DNA of 64,000 nt, taken from positions 310,001 to 374,000 of the forward strand of contig JBLDXI010000001.1 in assembly GCA_047495785.1 (NCBI GenBank), written 5' to 3'. The notes under the pieces were generated by a model, which did no database searches, was not told the origin of the DNA, and saw nothing but the letters and a program-made list of their open reading frames with translations. The number at the start of each line of letters is the position of its first letter. The stretch's first letter is position 1. Position numbers and translations under genes: made by a program. Positions 36,045-49,100 of this stretch are shown here, piece after piece. The stretch comes from Lepidodermella squamata (lineage: Eukaryota > Animalia > Gastrotricha).

Positions 36045-37121
36045 ATTATTTTTCGATGTAATTTTTTCAACTTGAACGGTTCTCACTTTCGTGAAAATAA
36101 ATGACGATTTTTTTACGGGAAGATGCTTGGGTCTTTCTCAATATCACCGCCGAAGTTCACACCTGGAATACGCATAGCATTGGAATCCAAAAGACGTCGA
36201 GTTATTTGTATGATATTCTTTATTTTCTCGCATATCAATATGTTGACAAAAATTTACATGGAGACGCGCAAATAATGTGTTTGGTTTTTTGTGCACTGTT
36301 GATGCTGTTTGGCTATTATTTACAAAGTTGGGAACAAAAATTTTGCATTCAACAAAAATTTCACGGTTTTGCTCAGTCAGCATATAGAGAGTCATCATCA
36401 TTCATTCATCATAACTTCATAGAATTTTCAAAATTATACAATATAGTTTTGTGCTTGCTTTACAACTTTGTAAATCATCGTCAATTCTGTAAAACAAACC
36501 GTTCTCGATTTTCCATATAAATAAAAATGTAGAAATGCGTTAGGCCGCGACGATGCTCTCTTTTTCAAATATATAGCAAATATTTTTTATGAACAATAAT
36601 ACATCTTTTATTCACAACTTGATCTTTTATTTGCTGAATAGTTGCTTTCGTATCGTACAAAGTCGCGGCGAAGGAGGTGGAGTGAAAAGTTCGAGCGCTG
36701 AAAACTCAGCTGAGAGAAAGAAAAGAAGATGGAACTTTACAAGTTATGCACATTCATCAACAATCATCAACGATTTTATAATAATAGCCAAACACAACTA
36801 ACGTCATGAATAAAACTGGGCTGGAAAGGAATAGAGGGCGCGTTTGCAAAAATGGAAGAAGAGATTTCTTTCGTAATTATATTATCATTTCGAAAAAAAC
36901 AGATCATTCATATCATTTTCTCCACCCCACTCCTATATATCGCCTGTTGATGCGAGAGCGGTTCAAGGTATCAAATGATGACGCATTATCATAAATAGCA
37001 ATAATAATCAATAGAAGTCTTTTAGAATATCCACTAATAATCTTTCTTTGTAAACGCTAAATAAAATGAAACCGTCGTTGTGAAGAAATGAAGAAATAGA
37101 AGAAGCAGTATTTGGCGAGGT

Positions 37122-40100
37122 TTAGCAGCGTCTTGGCACCGACGAGGACTTCTGGGAAGACTCTTCGTCACTGCTCGACGACGATGCTTCTGACGAAGCT
37201 GGCGGGGTGTCAGGGTGCGAAGAGTTTATTGCTTGTGAAGAACATGGCACATTGGGCTTGGCGAGGGAGGAAGGAGAAGTCGAAATTGAAGTCGAAAACG
37301 CAGGCGATGCGTCGGGCGAGCCTGGCAACGGCGCATCAGCAATCACTGGGTCATTTTCTTCTTCAGGTTCTACTTCATCCGCAGAATCGCCCGGTGGCGT
37401 CAACGGCGGCGTCGACGACGGCTGGTGACTGCTGCTCTCGAGCTCGTCTTCGCCATCTTGGCTAGACGAGTCGGAGTACGCATCGCTGTTGCGCCGAGGT
37501 GTTACTTCTTCTCCTTCCCCTTCGTTGTGGACTGTCGCGCTCACTGATGGAATGCTGTTGCTAGACGGGTCCGATTCCAGGGGCACTCGGCGCTGGCCGG
37601 CGGCTCGCTTTGCCGCGGCCGCTCGCCATTGTCGCCACGCCACGAGCACCAATACTGCAAGGCCTGTTGAAGATAGAGAAAATCAAATATAGACATGGTG
37701 AAATGGTGAAAAGTTAAGCGATCAACTTACCTAAGGTAACAATACCCATCCAGGCTATCACTCCGACAGAGACACTGGACAAGGCGGCAGGAGCGCTGGC
37801 TTCAGCGCCATCGGTTTTACCGGCCTTGTCAAGGCCGCGGTCGCCAACTTCGAGTTTGCCGAACCGCGAGTTATTGTTGGCCAAAGTTTGACCGAAGTCC
37901 ATCATTGCTTCTTCAGGGAAGACTGAGTTCTGTAAGATGCAGATGTAGCTGCCGTAGGTGTTGATGCATCGATAGCCGGCGGTGCACGGGAATGATTCGC
38001 ACTCATCGACATCTGTAGGGAGAAGAAAAAAACAAGGTAAAAACGTGAATAACAATATTGTGCAAAGCAAACGTACCGTCGCAGCTATGCATGTTGACGT
38101 TGAGCAAGAAGCCACGTCGGCAGATGCACTCGTAACCATCGGCGCGGCTAGGATTCTCGACGCACTGCTGCTCGCAGAGACCTTGGTAGCGAGCGCAACC
38201 TTGGATCTGTTCGCAAGAGTGCCTGTTCGGCAGCAGTTTGTAGCCGTCGCGGCAAGAGCACAAGTACGAGCCTTCGGTGTCGGTGCACTGGTGCTCGCAG
38301 CCGCCGTTGCGGTCGAGACATTCGTTGACGTTGACGCAGCGAGTGCCGTTCATCGGGCGGTGAATGCCAGGCGCAACTTCGCACGAGCACAAACGGCCAC
38401 GGAAGGTCAAATGGCACGTGACCTTCTCAGCTGGGCAGTCGAGACGACCATCGAGTTGATAACCGTCGCGGCACGTGCAGTAGTAGCCTGGGTAGGCGTT
38501 AAGACAGAGCTGATCGCAATAGCCGTTGTTGGTGCGGCATTCGTTGGTGTCGCTCATGACCTTGGTTAGATCGATGTTAGCAAGACCGCTGCCACCGGGG
38601 CCAGGTGGGCCAGGCGGGCCAGGAGGACCAGCAGGACCTTGTCTACCTGGGCTACCAACCGCGCCAGACTCTCCCTTAGGACCAGCAGGACCAGGGCTTC
38701 CGTTGTTGCCAGGGCGACCGGCAGGGCCTCGAGGGCCGCTGGGACCAGGCGAGCCAGTGTCACCCTTAGGACCAGGATTGCCGGTGGATCCACGGATGCC
38801 ACTTCCACCACGAGGGCCAGGCATGCCCGGTGGTCCAGGAGGACCAGCGATGCCAGGGAGACCTTGAGGACCAGGTCTGCCGTCTTGACCGGGGGATCCC
38901 GGCAAGCCGCGTTGACCTTGGTCACCCTTAACACCAGCGCTGTTGGTACCAGGTTCACCCTTTTCACCACGATCACCGCGATCACCCTTCGAGCCAGGGA
39001 GGCCAGGAATGCCAGCAGGGCCTTGACGGCCTGGAGCACCCATAGCACCGCTCTCACCCTTCTGTCCGCGAACACCAGGTGTGCCAGGTAGACCAGGTTC
39101 TCCTGCGCGACCAGGATCACCAGTAGGACCACGCGGGCCAGGGACAGCTGGAACATTGTTCACGTTTCCAGGTGGGCCAGGGGGACCGGCAGGACCGCGA
39201 AGACCGCGGGCGCCAGACTCACCCTTCTCACCACGAGGGCCAGGAATGCCGACGCCAGGGGCACCTTTAGCTCCACTGGGACCACGTTCACCAGGGCGAC
39301 CTGGTGTACCATTTTGTCCGTCAATACCACGCTCGCCCTTCGGTCCGGCAGGTCCTGGTTGACCATTTTCTCCGGGACGACCATCTCGTCCTTGCTGGCC
39401 AGGTTGGCCGGGTAGACCTTGAGAACCGCGAGGACCGGAAGGACCAGGGTTACCAGGTGATCCAGGTCTGCCAGCTGGGCCTTGAGGTCCACTGCGTCCG
39501 GGTAATCCGGCGATACCAGCAGGCCCAATAGGACCAGGAGGACCGGCTTGACCAGCTTCTCCGCGAGGACCAGGTTGACCAGGTTGGCCAGGTTGTCCGT
39601 CGTTACCAGGGCGACCAGGCGCACCAGGCAAGCCCATTCCAGTAGGACCGCGAGGGCCAGATGGACCAGGGGCACCAGTTCTACCTGACTGTCCAGGTTG
39701 GCCAGCAGGTCCCTGAGGACCGCGAGCTCCGGAGTCACCCTTAGGTCCAGGATTTCCGGCTTGGCCCTTTTGACCAGCAGGGCCAGGTTGACCTGGGAAT
39801 CCTTGCTCACCACGGGGACCAGGGGAACCAGATGGACCACGTGATCCGCTCGCTCCCTTGACACCAGGAAGACCAGCCTCACCCTTCAGACCAGGGATGC
39901 CAGCTTCTCCACGGTCACCCTTCGCGCCGAGAGGGCCAATGGGACCACGTTCGCCAGGCATACCAGGAGTTCCGGCTGGACCAGGCGCACCACGAGCACC
40001 TGATTGACCCTTCGGGCCAGCTTCACCAGGTCTACCTGGGGTACCAGGAACACCTTGATCTCCCTAAAATGGAAAACGGTAATGAACAAATTCAACAAAT

Positions 40101-43100
40101 GCTAAGTGAATCTTTACCTTGACAGAGTCTCCCTTCGGACCGCGTGGACCACTTGGTCCGGGCAATCCAGTACGGCCTGTAGCTCCCTGAAGACCTCTGG
40201 GTCCAGAAGGTCCAGGAACACCAGGAGCACCTGGAGAACCTCGGTCACCAGGGCGACCATCTTGGCCAGGAGCACCAGCAGGTCCACTATTGTAAACAAA
40301 GTTATATATTGAAGCATTCACGAGAAAGTGTTAACGTACCGAATGCCAGATTCACCACGACCTCCACGCTCACCCTTGCTGCCTTGAGGACCCGGTAAAC
40401 CAGGCTGGCCGATGTCACCCTTTTGGCCAGGAACACCAGCAGGGCCACGAGGTCCACTCTCACCATGGGCACCTTTGGGACCAGCTTGTCCGGTTTGGCC
40501 AGTTTGACCAGGTTGACCGCGAGATCCAGAGACACCTTTCTCTCCCTTCGATCCAGGGGCTCCAGGTTGGCCGGCTTGTCCGGTTGGACCTCTGGCTCCG
40601 CTAATGCCTTGTGGGCCGACGGGACCGGGCCTGCCGATTTGACCAGTTTGGCCAGGAGGACCTTGCGGACCGCTGGCACCTGGTCTTCCAGATGGACCAG
40701 GCTGACCAGTCGGACCAACGATAGATCTTCCGTCAGCACCAGGAGCACCGGGGATACCAGCCTCACCCTTTTGGCCTGGGACGCCTGGCATACCACGAGC
40801 ACCAGAGGCGCCAGGTCTGCCAGCTAAACCAGGTGTTCCAGAGGGACCCATTGGGCCGACTGGACCGCGTTCACCGGGTGAGCCAGTATCTCCTCGTCGT
40901 CCAGCCGCTCCGCTCTCTCCCTTAGAACCCTTCGGGCCGACAATACCAGGGACACCCTGAGGACCACGTGCGCCAGACGGTCCTGGCAAGCCAGTAGAAC
41001 CACGAGCGCCGGGTTGACCAGCGGCGCCTGGTTGGCCGTCTAAACCATTGCGACCAGGTTCTCCTTTCATGCCTTGCAGACCAACAGGGCCCTGAGGACC
41101 GCGCGGGCCTGATAAGCCTTGCGCTCCTGGAGCTCCCGTGCGACCAGGTTGACCGGTTTGGCCAGGCACGCCTTGAGGTCCGAGATCACCTTTCTCACCA
41201 CGTTGTCCGGGTTCGCCCTTACGTCCAGGCTCTCCAGTGAAACCGCGGGGGCCAGACAAGCCTGGGACACCACGCATGCCTGGTTCACCCTTGACACCAG
41301 GAGCACCGATGGGTCCAATAGGTCCGAGATCACCCTTTTGGCCTTGCTGACCAGGTAATCCAGGGCGGCCTTGAGGCCCAGAAACACCCATGGGTCCACG
41401 ATCTCCCTTAATACCTGGCTCACCACGTTGACCGGGGAGGCCAGGAATGCCTTGGGCGCCACTTGTTCCGCGATCACCCTTCTGACCAGGTTGTCCGATG
41501 GGGCCTTGAGGACCGAGAGGGCCACGCTCACCACGTTCTCCTTGATCACCCTTGTTGCCTTGGATACCAGGAGTACCAGGGAAACCACGAGGTCCAGAAG
41601 CACCAGGTTGACCAGTTCTACCAGTGATACCTTGTGGGCCTTGGGAGCCAGGTTGACCAGGAACTCCTTGAGGTCCGCGCTCACCAGCTGGGCCAGCAAC
41701 GCCAGGGAAGCCACGAGGACCAGACAAACCGGGGATACCGCGTTCTCCAGTGCGACCTGGCTGACCAGTTTGACCAGGTTGACCTGGATTGCCCTGGTCT
41801 CCCTTGAAACCTTGCGGGCCTTGTTGGCCTGGTTGGCCTGGAACGCCAGTAGGACCACGAGCACCAGATTGACCAGGGATACCACGATCACCCTGATTGC
41901 CCTTAGTTCCTTGAGGTCCTTGAGGTCCAATAGGTCCGAGAGGGCCTTGCGGGCCACGGGCTCCACTGTTGCCTTGCGAGCCTTTAGGACCTTGGATACC
42001 TTGATCGCCCTTAGCTCCGGGACGGCCCTCCGGTCCGATAGGTCCGATGGGGCCACGTTCTCCCTGAGGACCAACGCGACCAGTCTCTCCACGAGCACCG
42101 CTAGCGCCTTTGTCTCCCTTGGAACCAGGGGCACCACGCGCGCCAGAAGTTCCAGGAACACCTTGTTGACCTTTCAGGCCTGTCTGACCAGTGGGGCCAT
42201 CACGACCAGGGACGCCAGCCGGACCTCGAGATCCAGATGTACCCTTGTCGCCCTTTTCGCCAGGTCGGCCTTGTACGCCTTGAATGCCCTGAGTTCCGGG
42301 GGCTCCACGGGGACCAGAGATGCCTATAATAATATTCATGAAATGAGTATCTTCAGAAAATAATCAGCTAATAATCTTACCTGGAGCACCAGTTAGACCA
42401 CGGTCTCCGCGATCACCCTTCGGGCCCATCAAGCCAGGAGCACCAGGCTGACCAGTCAGACCGATCGGGCCTCGAGGACCGGATGGGCCTTGCTGACCAG
42501 TCCTGCCGGTGGGTCCAGCGGGGCCAGGAGTACCAATAGCACCCTTAGCACCAGATCGACCAGGTGCGCCGTCGTTACCGCGATCACCCTTAGCGCCGGG
42601 GACACCGGGCAAGCCGGTTACACCTTGAATGCCGATACCCGGCTGACCACGTTCACCACGAGGTCCGCTAGGGCCGATGGCGCCTCGGTCTCCCTTGATG
42701 CCAGGAACACCCTGTTCACCGTTTCGGCCAGGGACACCTTGATCTCCCTTTGGTCCGATTGGGCCGATTGGTCCGATAGGGCCAGCGATGCCAGGCTGGC
42801 CTCGTTCTCCTTTCGCACCAGATGTACCTTGCGAGCCCTTAGGTCCTTGAACACCAGGGGTACCAGGTCTGCCCGCAGCGCCAGAACGACCATCAGTACC
42901 GCGATCACCCTTCGGGCCTGGAAGACCAGTTTGGCCTCGAGGGCCAGATACACCAGGGACGCCTTGAGTACCTTTCTCGCCAGTTCTTCCTTGAGGACCT
43001 TGAGGACCACTTTGTCCGCGCAAACCAGGAGCACCAATAGGACCCGGCGCACCTGTGATGCCTTGAGGACCGATAGGTCCACGCTCACCATTTCTGCCAG

Positions 43101-46100
43101 GTTCACCAACGCGACCAGTGTCACCAACGTTGCCTTTTTGACCAGGCTGACCAATGGGACCTTGAGGACCGCGAGCTCCGGATACACCCTTCTCACCCGG
43201 AGTGCCGCGATCACCCTTCGCACCGCTGGTACCGCGGGGACCCATAGGACCAATAGGACCGATCGGGCCGAGAGCTCCTTTCTCACCAGGCACACCTGGG
43301 CGGCCTTGGGGACCTTGAGGTCCACTTCTGCCCTGAGGTCCGAGATCACCTTTAGGTCCAGCAACACCAGGGTTACCAGTGGGGCCACGAGGTCCGCTTT
43401 GGCCAGTTGGGCCGCGAACGCCAGGAGTACCAATAGGGCCGATTTCACCCCGGTCTCCCTTAATGCCTTGGATACCAGGAATACCTTGAATGCCTTGTGG
43501 ACCTTGAGGACCGCGAGCGCCCGAATTACCAGGAGAGCCCTTGGGACCGACATTTCCTTGGTCACCTTTAGCACCTTGTTGGCCAGGGATGCCAGGTTGA
43601 CCTTGTGGGCCACGAGCGCCAGACAAGCCAGGGAGACCAGTTTGACCACGTTGACCTGTTTGACCGAATTCACCCTTGTCACCTTTGGTACCAGGAACGC
43701 CCTGGGCTCCAGTGCGGCCGACAGCTCCTTTATCTCCCTTCGGACCGGCAACGCCAGGAATACCTTGAATACCAGGAGTGCCCTGGGGACCACGGGCGCC
43801 AGAAACACCCTGTGATCCGCGTTCACCCTTGTCACCAGGAACACCGCGAGGTCCAGCGGGGCCGGATCTGCCAGGAACACCAATAGGTCCGATGGGACCT
43901 CGCTCACCCTGAGGACCCTGAGGTCCGATTTGTCCGGTGAGACCTTGAGGGCCGGGAAGACCGCGATCGCCAGAATTGCCTTTCACACCACGAGCTCCAG
44001 ATTCGCCCTTTTGACCTCGTTCGCCAGGAATACCAGTGCGACCCTGGTCACCCTTAGCACCCGATGTACCTTGCGGACCTCGAATACCAGGAGCACCTGG
44101 TTGACCAGTGAGACCAATTGGACCGATGGGGCCGATGGGGCCACGTTCGCCAGGAACTCCCGGGACTCCGCGTTCACCCGGAACACCTTGAATACCCGGA
44201 ACACCTCGCGGACCAGATGGGCCTTGCAATCCAGTTCTACCAGGTTCTCCTTTCAAGCCTTGAATGCCGGGGACACCTTGAGGACCACGGGCGCCACTCT
44301 GACCAGGAACACCACGATCTCCTTGGGCTCCTCGATCACCCTTAGAGCCAGGAATACCAGGATTTCCAGTCAAGCCAGGTTGGCCAGGAACACCTTGAGG
44401 ACCTTGAGGTCCGATAGGGCCTCGCGAACCACTAGTTCCGGGAACACCTTGGTTGCCCTTAGCTCCAGGTACACCGATCGGGCCTTGAGGGCCAACCTCA
44501 CCACGGGGACCTTGAGGACCAACAGGCCCAAGAGGACCAATGGGACCCTGTGGGCCTCGCACACCAGAGTTTCCTTGATTTCCTTTGTCTCCCTTAGGAC
44601 CAGCAACACCAGGGGCACCAGTGCGACCGACTGCGCCAGATGTGCCTCGAGGACCGAGGTCTCCTTTGTCACCCTTGGCACCAACTGGACCTTGCTGACC
44701 AGGAACACCGCGGGCTCCGGAAAGACCAGGTGCACCAGTTCGGCCAGTTTGTCCAGGGACACCTTGCGGACCAACTGGTCCCAAGTCACCTTTGTTGCCT
44801 TTCTCTCCAGGTCGGCCTTGAGCTCCACTGGTTCCTTGTGGACCACGAACACCGGGCTCTCCCTTCGAGCCGACAGGTCCCTGAATGCCAGGAACGCCTC
44901 GAGCTCCAGATTGACCAGTTCTACCAGGAACACCGGTAGCTCCCAGATCGCCCTTGCTTCCTTTAGGTCCAGATCGGCCGGGGATGCCAGAATCACCCTG
45001 GTTGCCCTTGATTCCTTGGGGTCCTTGAGGTCCGACGGGGCCAAGAGGTCCGATGTCACCCTTCTGGCCGGTAGGTCCTCGAGCACCGCTAGCTCCGGGG
45101 ATACCAGATCTGCCAGTTGGACCGACAGCGCCAGATCTGCCAGGAACACCTTGGTCACCCTTGGGTCCTTGTCTACCAGTCTCGCCGATGTCACCCTTTT
45201 GACCTTGGTTGCCCTTGTCTCCGGGCAAACCTCGGGCACCAGTAATGCTTCGACCAGGTTGACCGGTTTCACCCTAAGTTCCGGCAAATCAATGTTTTGT
45301 TTCAATAATCATATTAATAATCTTACCTTGACACCTTGGTCACCCTTCTGACCAGTAGGACCAACAAGACCTGGGCGACCAGCTGCTCCAGATGTACCTG
45401 GAACGCCTCTATCACCTTTAGGACCAGCAACACCTTGATCACCCTTGTTGCCTTTAGCCCCGCTGACACCAGGTCGACCAGTCAAACCAGTCGGGCCGAA
45501 TTCGCCCTTTGGACCAACAGGTCCTTGCAAACCAGTTGGGCCCATTGGACCTGAAAGACAAGAATAAGGATTAAAACAAATAGCCGCAAAAAATAATTGT
45601 TAAGCGTACCTCGAGCGCCGGAGTTTCCTTGTTGTCCCTTGGGTCCAGCAATGCCAGGGGCACCAATTGGGCCGATTTCACCTTTCTGACCCTTGATGCC
45701 AGTTCCAGCGGCACCGCGAGCACCAGGTTGACCAGGAGCACCAGTCGGACCCATTGGTCCAATCGGACCACGGGATCCGGAGGTACCAGGCAGGCCAGTT
45801 AAACCAGTGAAACCTCGGTCACCCTTAGGGCCTTGAGCTCCAGACGTGCCTCTGGGACCAAGGTCACCCTTGTTGCCTTTCTCGCCAGGCGCTCCAATAG
45901 GACCAGGTTGACCAGTTCGGCCAGTTTGGCCTTCCGGACCGCGCTCACCAATCGGACCTTGGGGTCCACGAGGGCCAGAGTTGCCTTGCCTGCCAGGAAT
46001 GCCAGACACACCGGGGACACCTTGGTCTCCCTTGGTGCCTTGAATACCGCGCGGGCCACTGACACCTTGAGGGCCTCGCTCGCCAGGAACACCACGGTCG

Positions 46101-49100
46101 CCTTGGTTGCCCTTGATACCTTGCGGTCCAATATCACCACGATCGCCTTTAGGTCCGATGTCACCTTTAGCACCACGAGCACCAGAAACGCCGGGGAATC
46201 CACGGTCTCCTTGGTTTCCTTTAATACCCTGTAGACCAGGAACGCCAGTAACACCTTGGTCGCCCTTGATGCCTTGAATGCCATTGTCGCCTTTTTGGCC
46301 CTTAGCGCCAGACGCACCACGTTGTCCGGTCAGACCAGTGGGACCTCGAGCTCCAGATTGGCCAGTGATACCTGGTCGTCCGGTTTGACCAGGGACGCCA
46401 ACGTCACCCTTGAGACCACGAGCACCTGATGCGCCAACGTTGCCTTTTTGACCTTCAGGGCCACGGAGACCTGTCGGTCCCTGGTCACCCTTAGGACCGA
46501 CGATACCAGGCATACCCCGAGGGCCAGAAACACCCGGAAGTCCAGGCAAACCAGTAGGGCCGCGGGTACCATCAATACCAGGGACACCACGTTCACCAGG
46601 GACACCTGGGACACCTTGGTTTCCTTTGTCGCCCTTGATGCCAGTACCACTTCGACCAGTTGCACCGACAGGACCAACGGGACCACGTTCGCCTTGAGGA
46701 CCGCGCTCTCCTGGAACGCCACGAGCGCCAGAGGTACCAGGAACACCACGATCACCTTTCGTGCCTTGGATGCCAGGGACACCAGTAGGGCCTTGGACAC
46801 CTGGGACACCTCGTGCTCCAGATTGACCGGGCCTGCCGTCGTTTCCGCTGTTACCCTTGTCACCCTTGAAGCCTTGCGGACCCTGCGGACCAATTGGGCC
46901 GATCGGACCACGAGCTCCACTGTTACCTTGTGGGCCCTGGGGTCCACGGTCACCTTGATTGCCCTTAGGTCCAATGGCACCAGACCTACCAGGCATGCCA
47001 GGCATACCGGTTGGACCAACAGGACCGACTTGACCAGTTCGACCAAGGTCTCCCTTTTCGCCAGTGTCTCCCTTGTTACCCTTTTCACCTGGGCGGCCAA
47101 TAGGACCTTGGGCACCTGATGTTCCACGGTCACCCTTCAGACCTTGTGGGCCAATTGGGCCGATTGGACCGATCGGGCCTCGAGGACCAACTTCACCAAT
47201 AGGACCACGAGCACCCGAGGAGCCGACGTTGCCCTTGTCACCCTTAATACCAGGGGCGCCAGTGAGACCAGTTTGACCAAGAGAGCCTTTAGGTCCGCTA
47301 ACGCCACGTTCTCCCTTTTGGCCAGGGAGACCAGTAATACCGCGTGGGCCAGAAGTACCCTGAGGACCACGGATGCCTGGCTCTCCTTTTTCGCCAGTGA
47401 AACCGCGGTCACCCTTCTGTCCGATTACCGTTTGACCAGGAGTACCCGGAATACCGGCAGGACCAGGCAGACCAGCGTCACCCTTAGTACCCTTGGGGCC
47501 GATAGCTCCACTGCGTCCAGGAATACCTGGGACTCCAGCATCACCCTTGATACCTTGGGGGCCTCGTTCACCAGTAATACCGGGTTGGCCATTGATGCCA
47601 GGGCGACCAGTCGGACCAATAGGACCAGAAGTACCTCGAGGTCCAATGTCTCCCTTGTCTCCCTTCGAGCCACGAGCGCCAGAGTTGCCTGGAGCACCTT
47701 TCGGACCAGCGGCACCGTCGCGGCCATCTTTGCCGGGAACACCCTGAGCGCCAGTGGATCCGGGGCGGCCTGGCAGACCAGTTCGACCAGTGTCACCAGT
47801 GTTGCCTTTGTCGCCCTTGTTACCGAGGTCGCCTTTGGGTCCTTGCATGCCGCGGGGGCCGGAGACGCCAGGCGCGCCAGTTCTACCAGGTACACCTTGA
47901 ATACCAGGCTCACCAGTGCGACCAACCTCGCCCTTAACACCTCGGGGGCCAGAAACACCCTGAGGGCCGATATTGCCAGTAGGACCACGCGGGCCGAGTT
48001 CGCCTTGAGGACCACGTTCACCAGGAACGCCTCGAGCTCCGGAGTTACCTGGACGACCTGGGACACCTTGGTCTCCCTTGTCACCCTTCGAGCCGACCAA
48101 GCCTTGAGGACCAGGCTGACCAGTAAAGCCGCGCGGACCCGATGGACCAAGTGGGCCACGCTCGCCAGGAATACCGCGATCCCCTTTCTCTCCCCGAGCT
48201 CCAGAGCGGCCTGGTACACCGTCGCGTCCAGAGGCACCAAGATCACCTTTGTTGCCTTTGTCTCCATTTGCTCCCCGTGGGCCAGCAGCTCCAGATGGGC
48301 CTCGAGGACCAATAGGGCCCTGAATACCAGGGGTACCTTGAGGACCTCTCTCGCCGGGAACACCACGAGCTCCTGAGATACCAGGAACGCCTCGGTCACC
48401 CTTGGGGCCGATTGGGCCGAGTTCTCCAGGACGACCTGTGTTACCAACTTCACCCTTTTGGCCGCGAGCACCAGATTGACCAGTAGGACCTCGTGGTCCA
48501 AGGTCACCTTTGTCTCCCTTGATACCAGGTTGACCAGGTTGACCAGTGGCACCAGTGCGGCCAGACCGACCGGGCTGGCCAGTTTGACCTTCACGGCCTG
48601 TCTGTCCGGTTAAACCAGTGATACCTCGTGGTCCGGAAATACCAGGAACACCTCGTTCACCAACGTTACCCTTTTCACCAGGGCGTCCGACGGCACCAGT
48701 AGGACCAACACGGCCTGGAACTCCTTGATCTCCTTTGTCGCCCTTAGAACCGATCGATCCCTTGGCACCCGATTGGCCAGGCGCTCCACGAGGACCCTGG
48801 AGACCAGTCTCGCCGGGGCGACCGTTGATTCCAGGAACACCAGTTAGACCACGCTCGCCAGGGATACCTTGAGAGCCTTTCGGTCCGCTGACACCAGGTC
48901 GGCCAGTGAGACCAGGAACGCCTCGTTCTCCGATTGGGCCTTGCTCACCAGGACGGCCAGGAATACCGGTTGGGCCTTGGATACCTGGTTGGCCAGGAAC
49001 ACCGCGAGCACCAGAAATGCCAGGAACACCGCGATCACCTTGATTGCCTTTATCGCCCTTGGAGCCGGGTACACCAGGATTACCGATCGGACCAGTGTTA

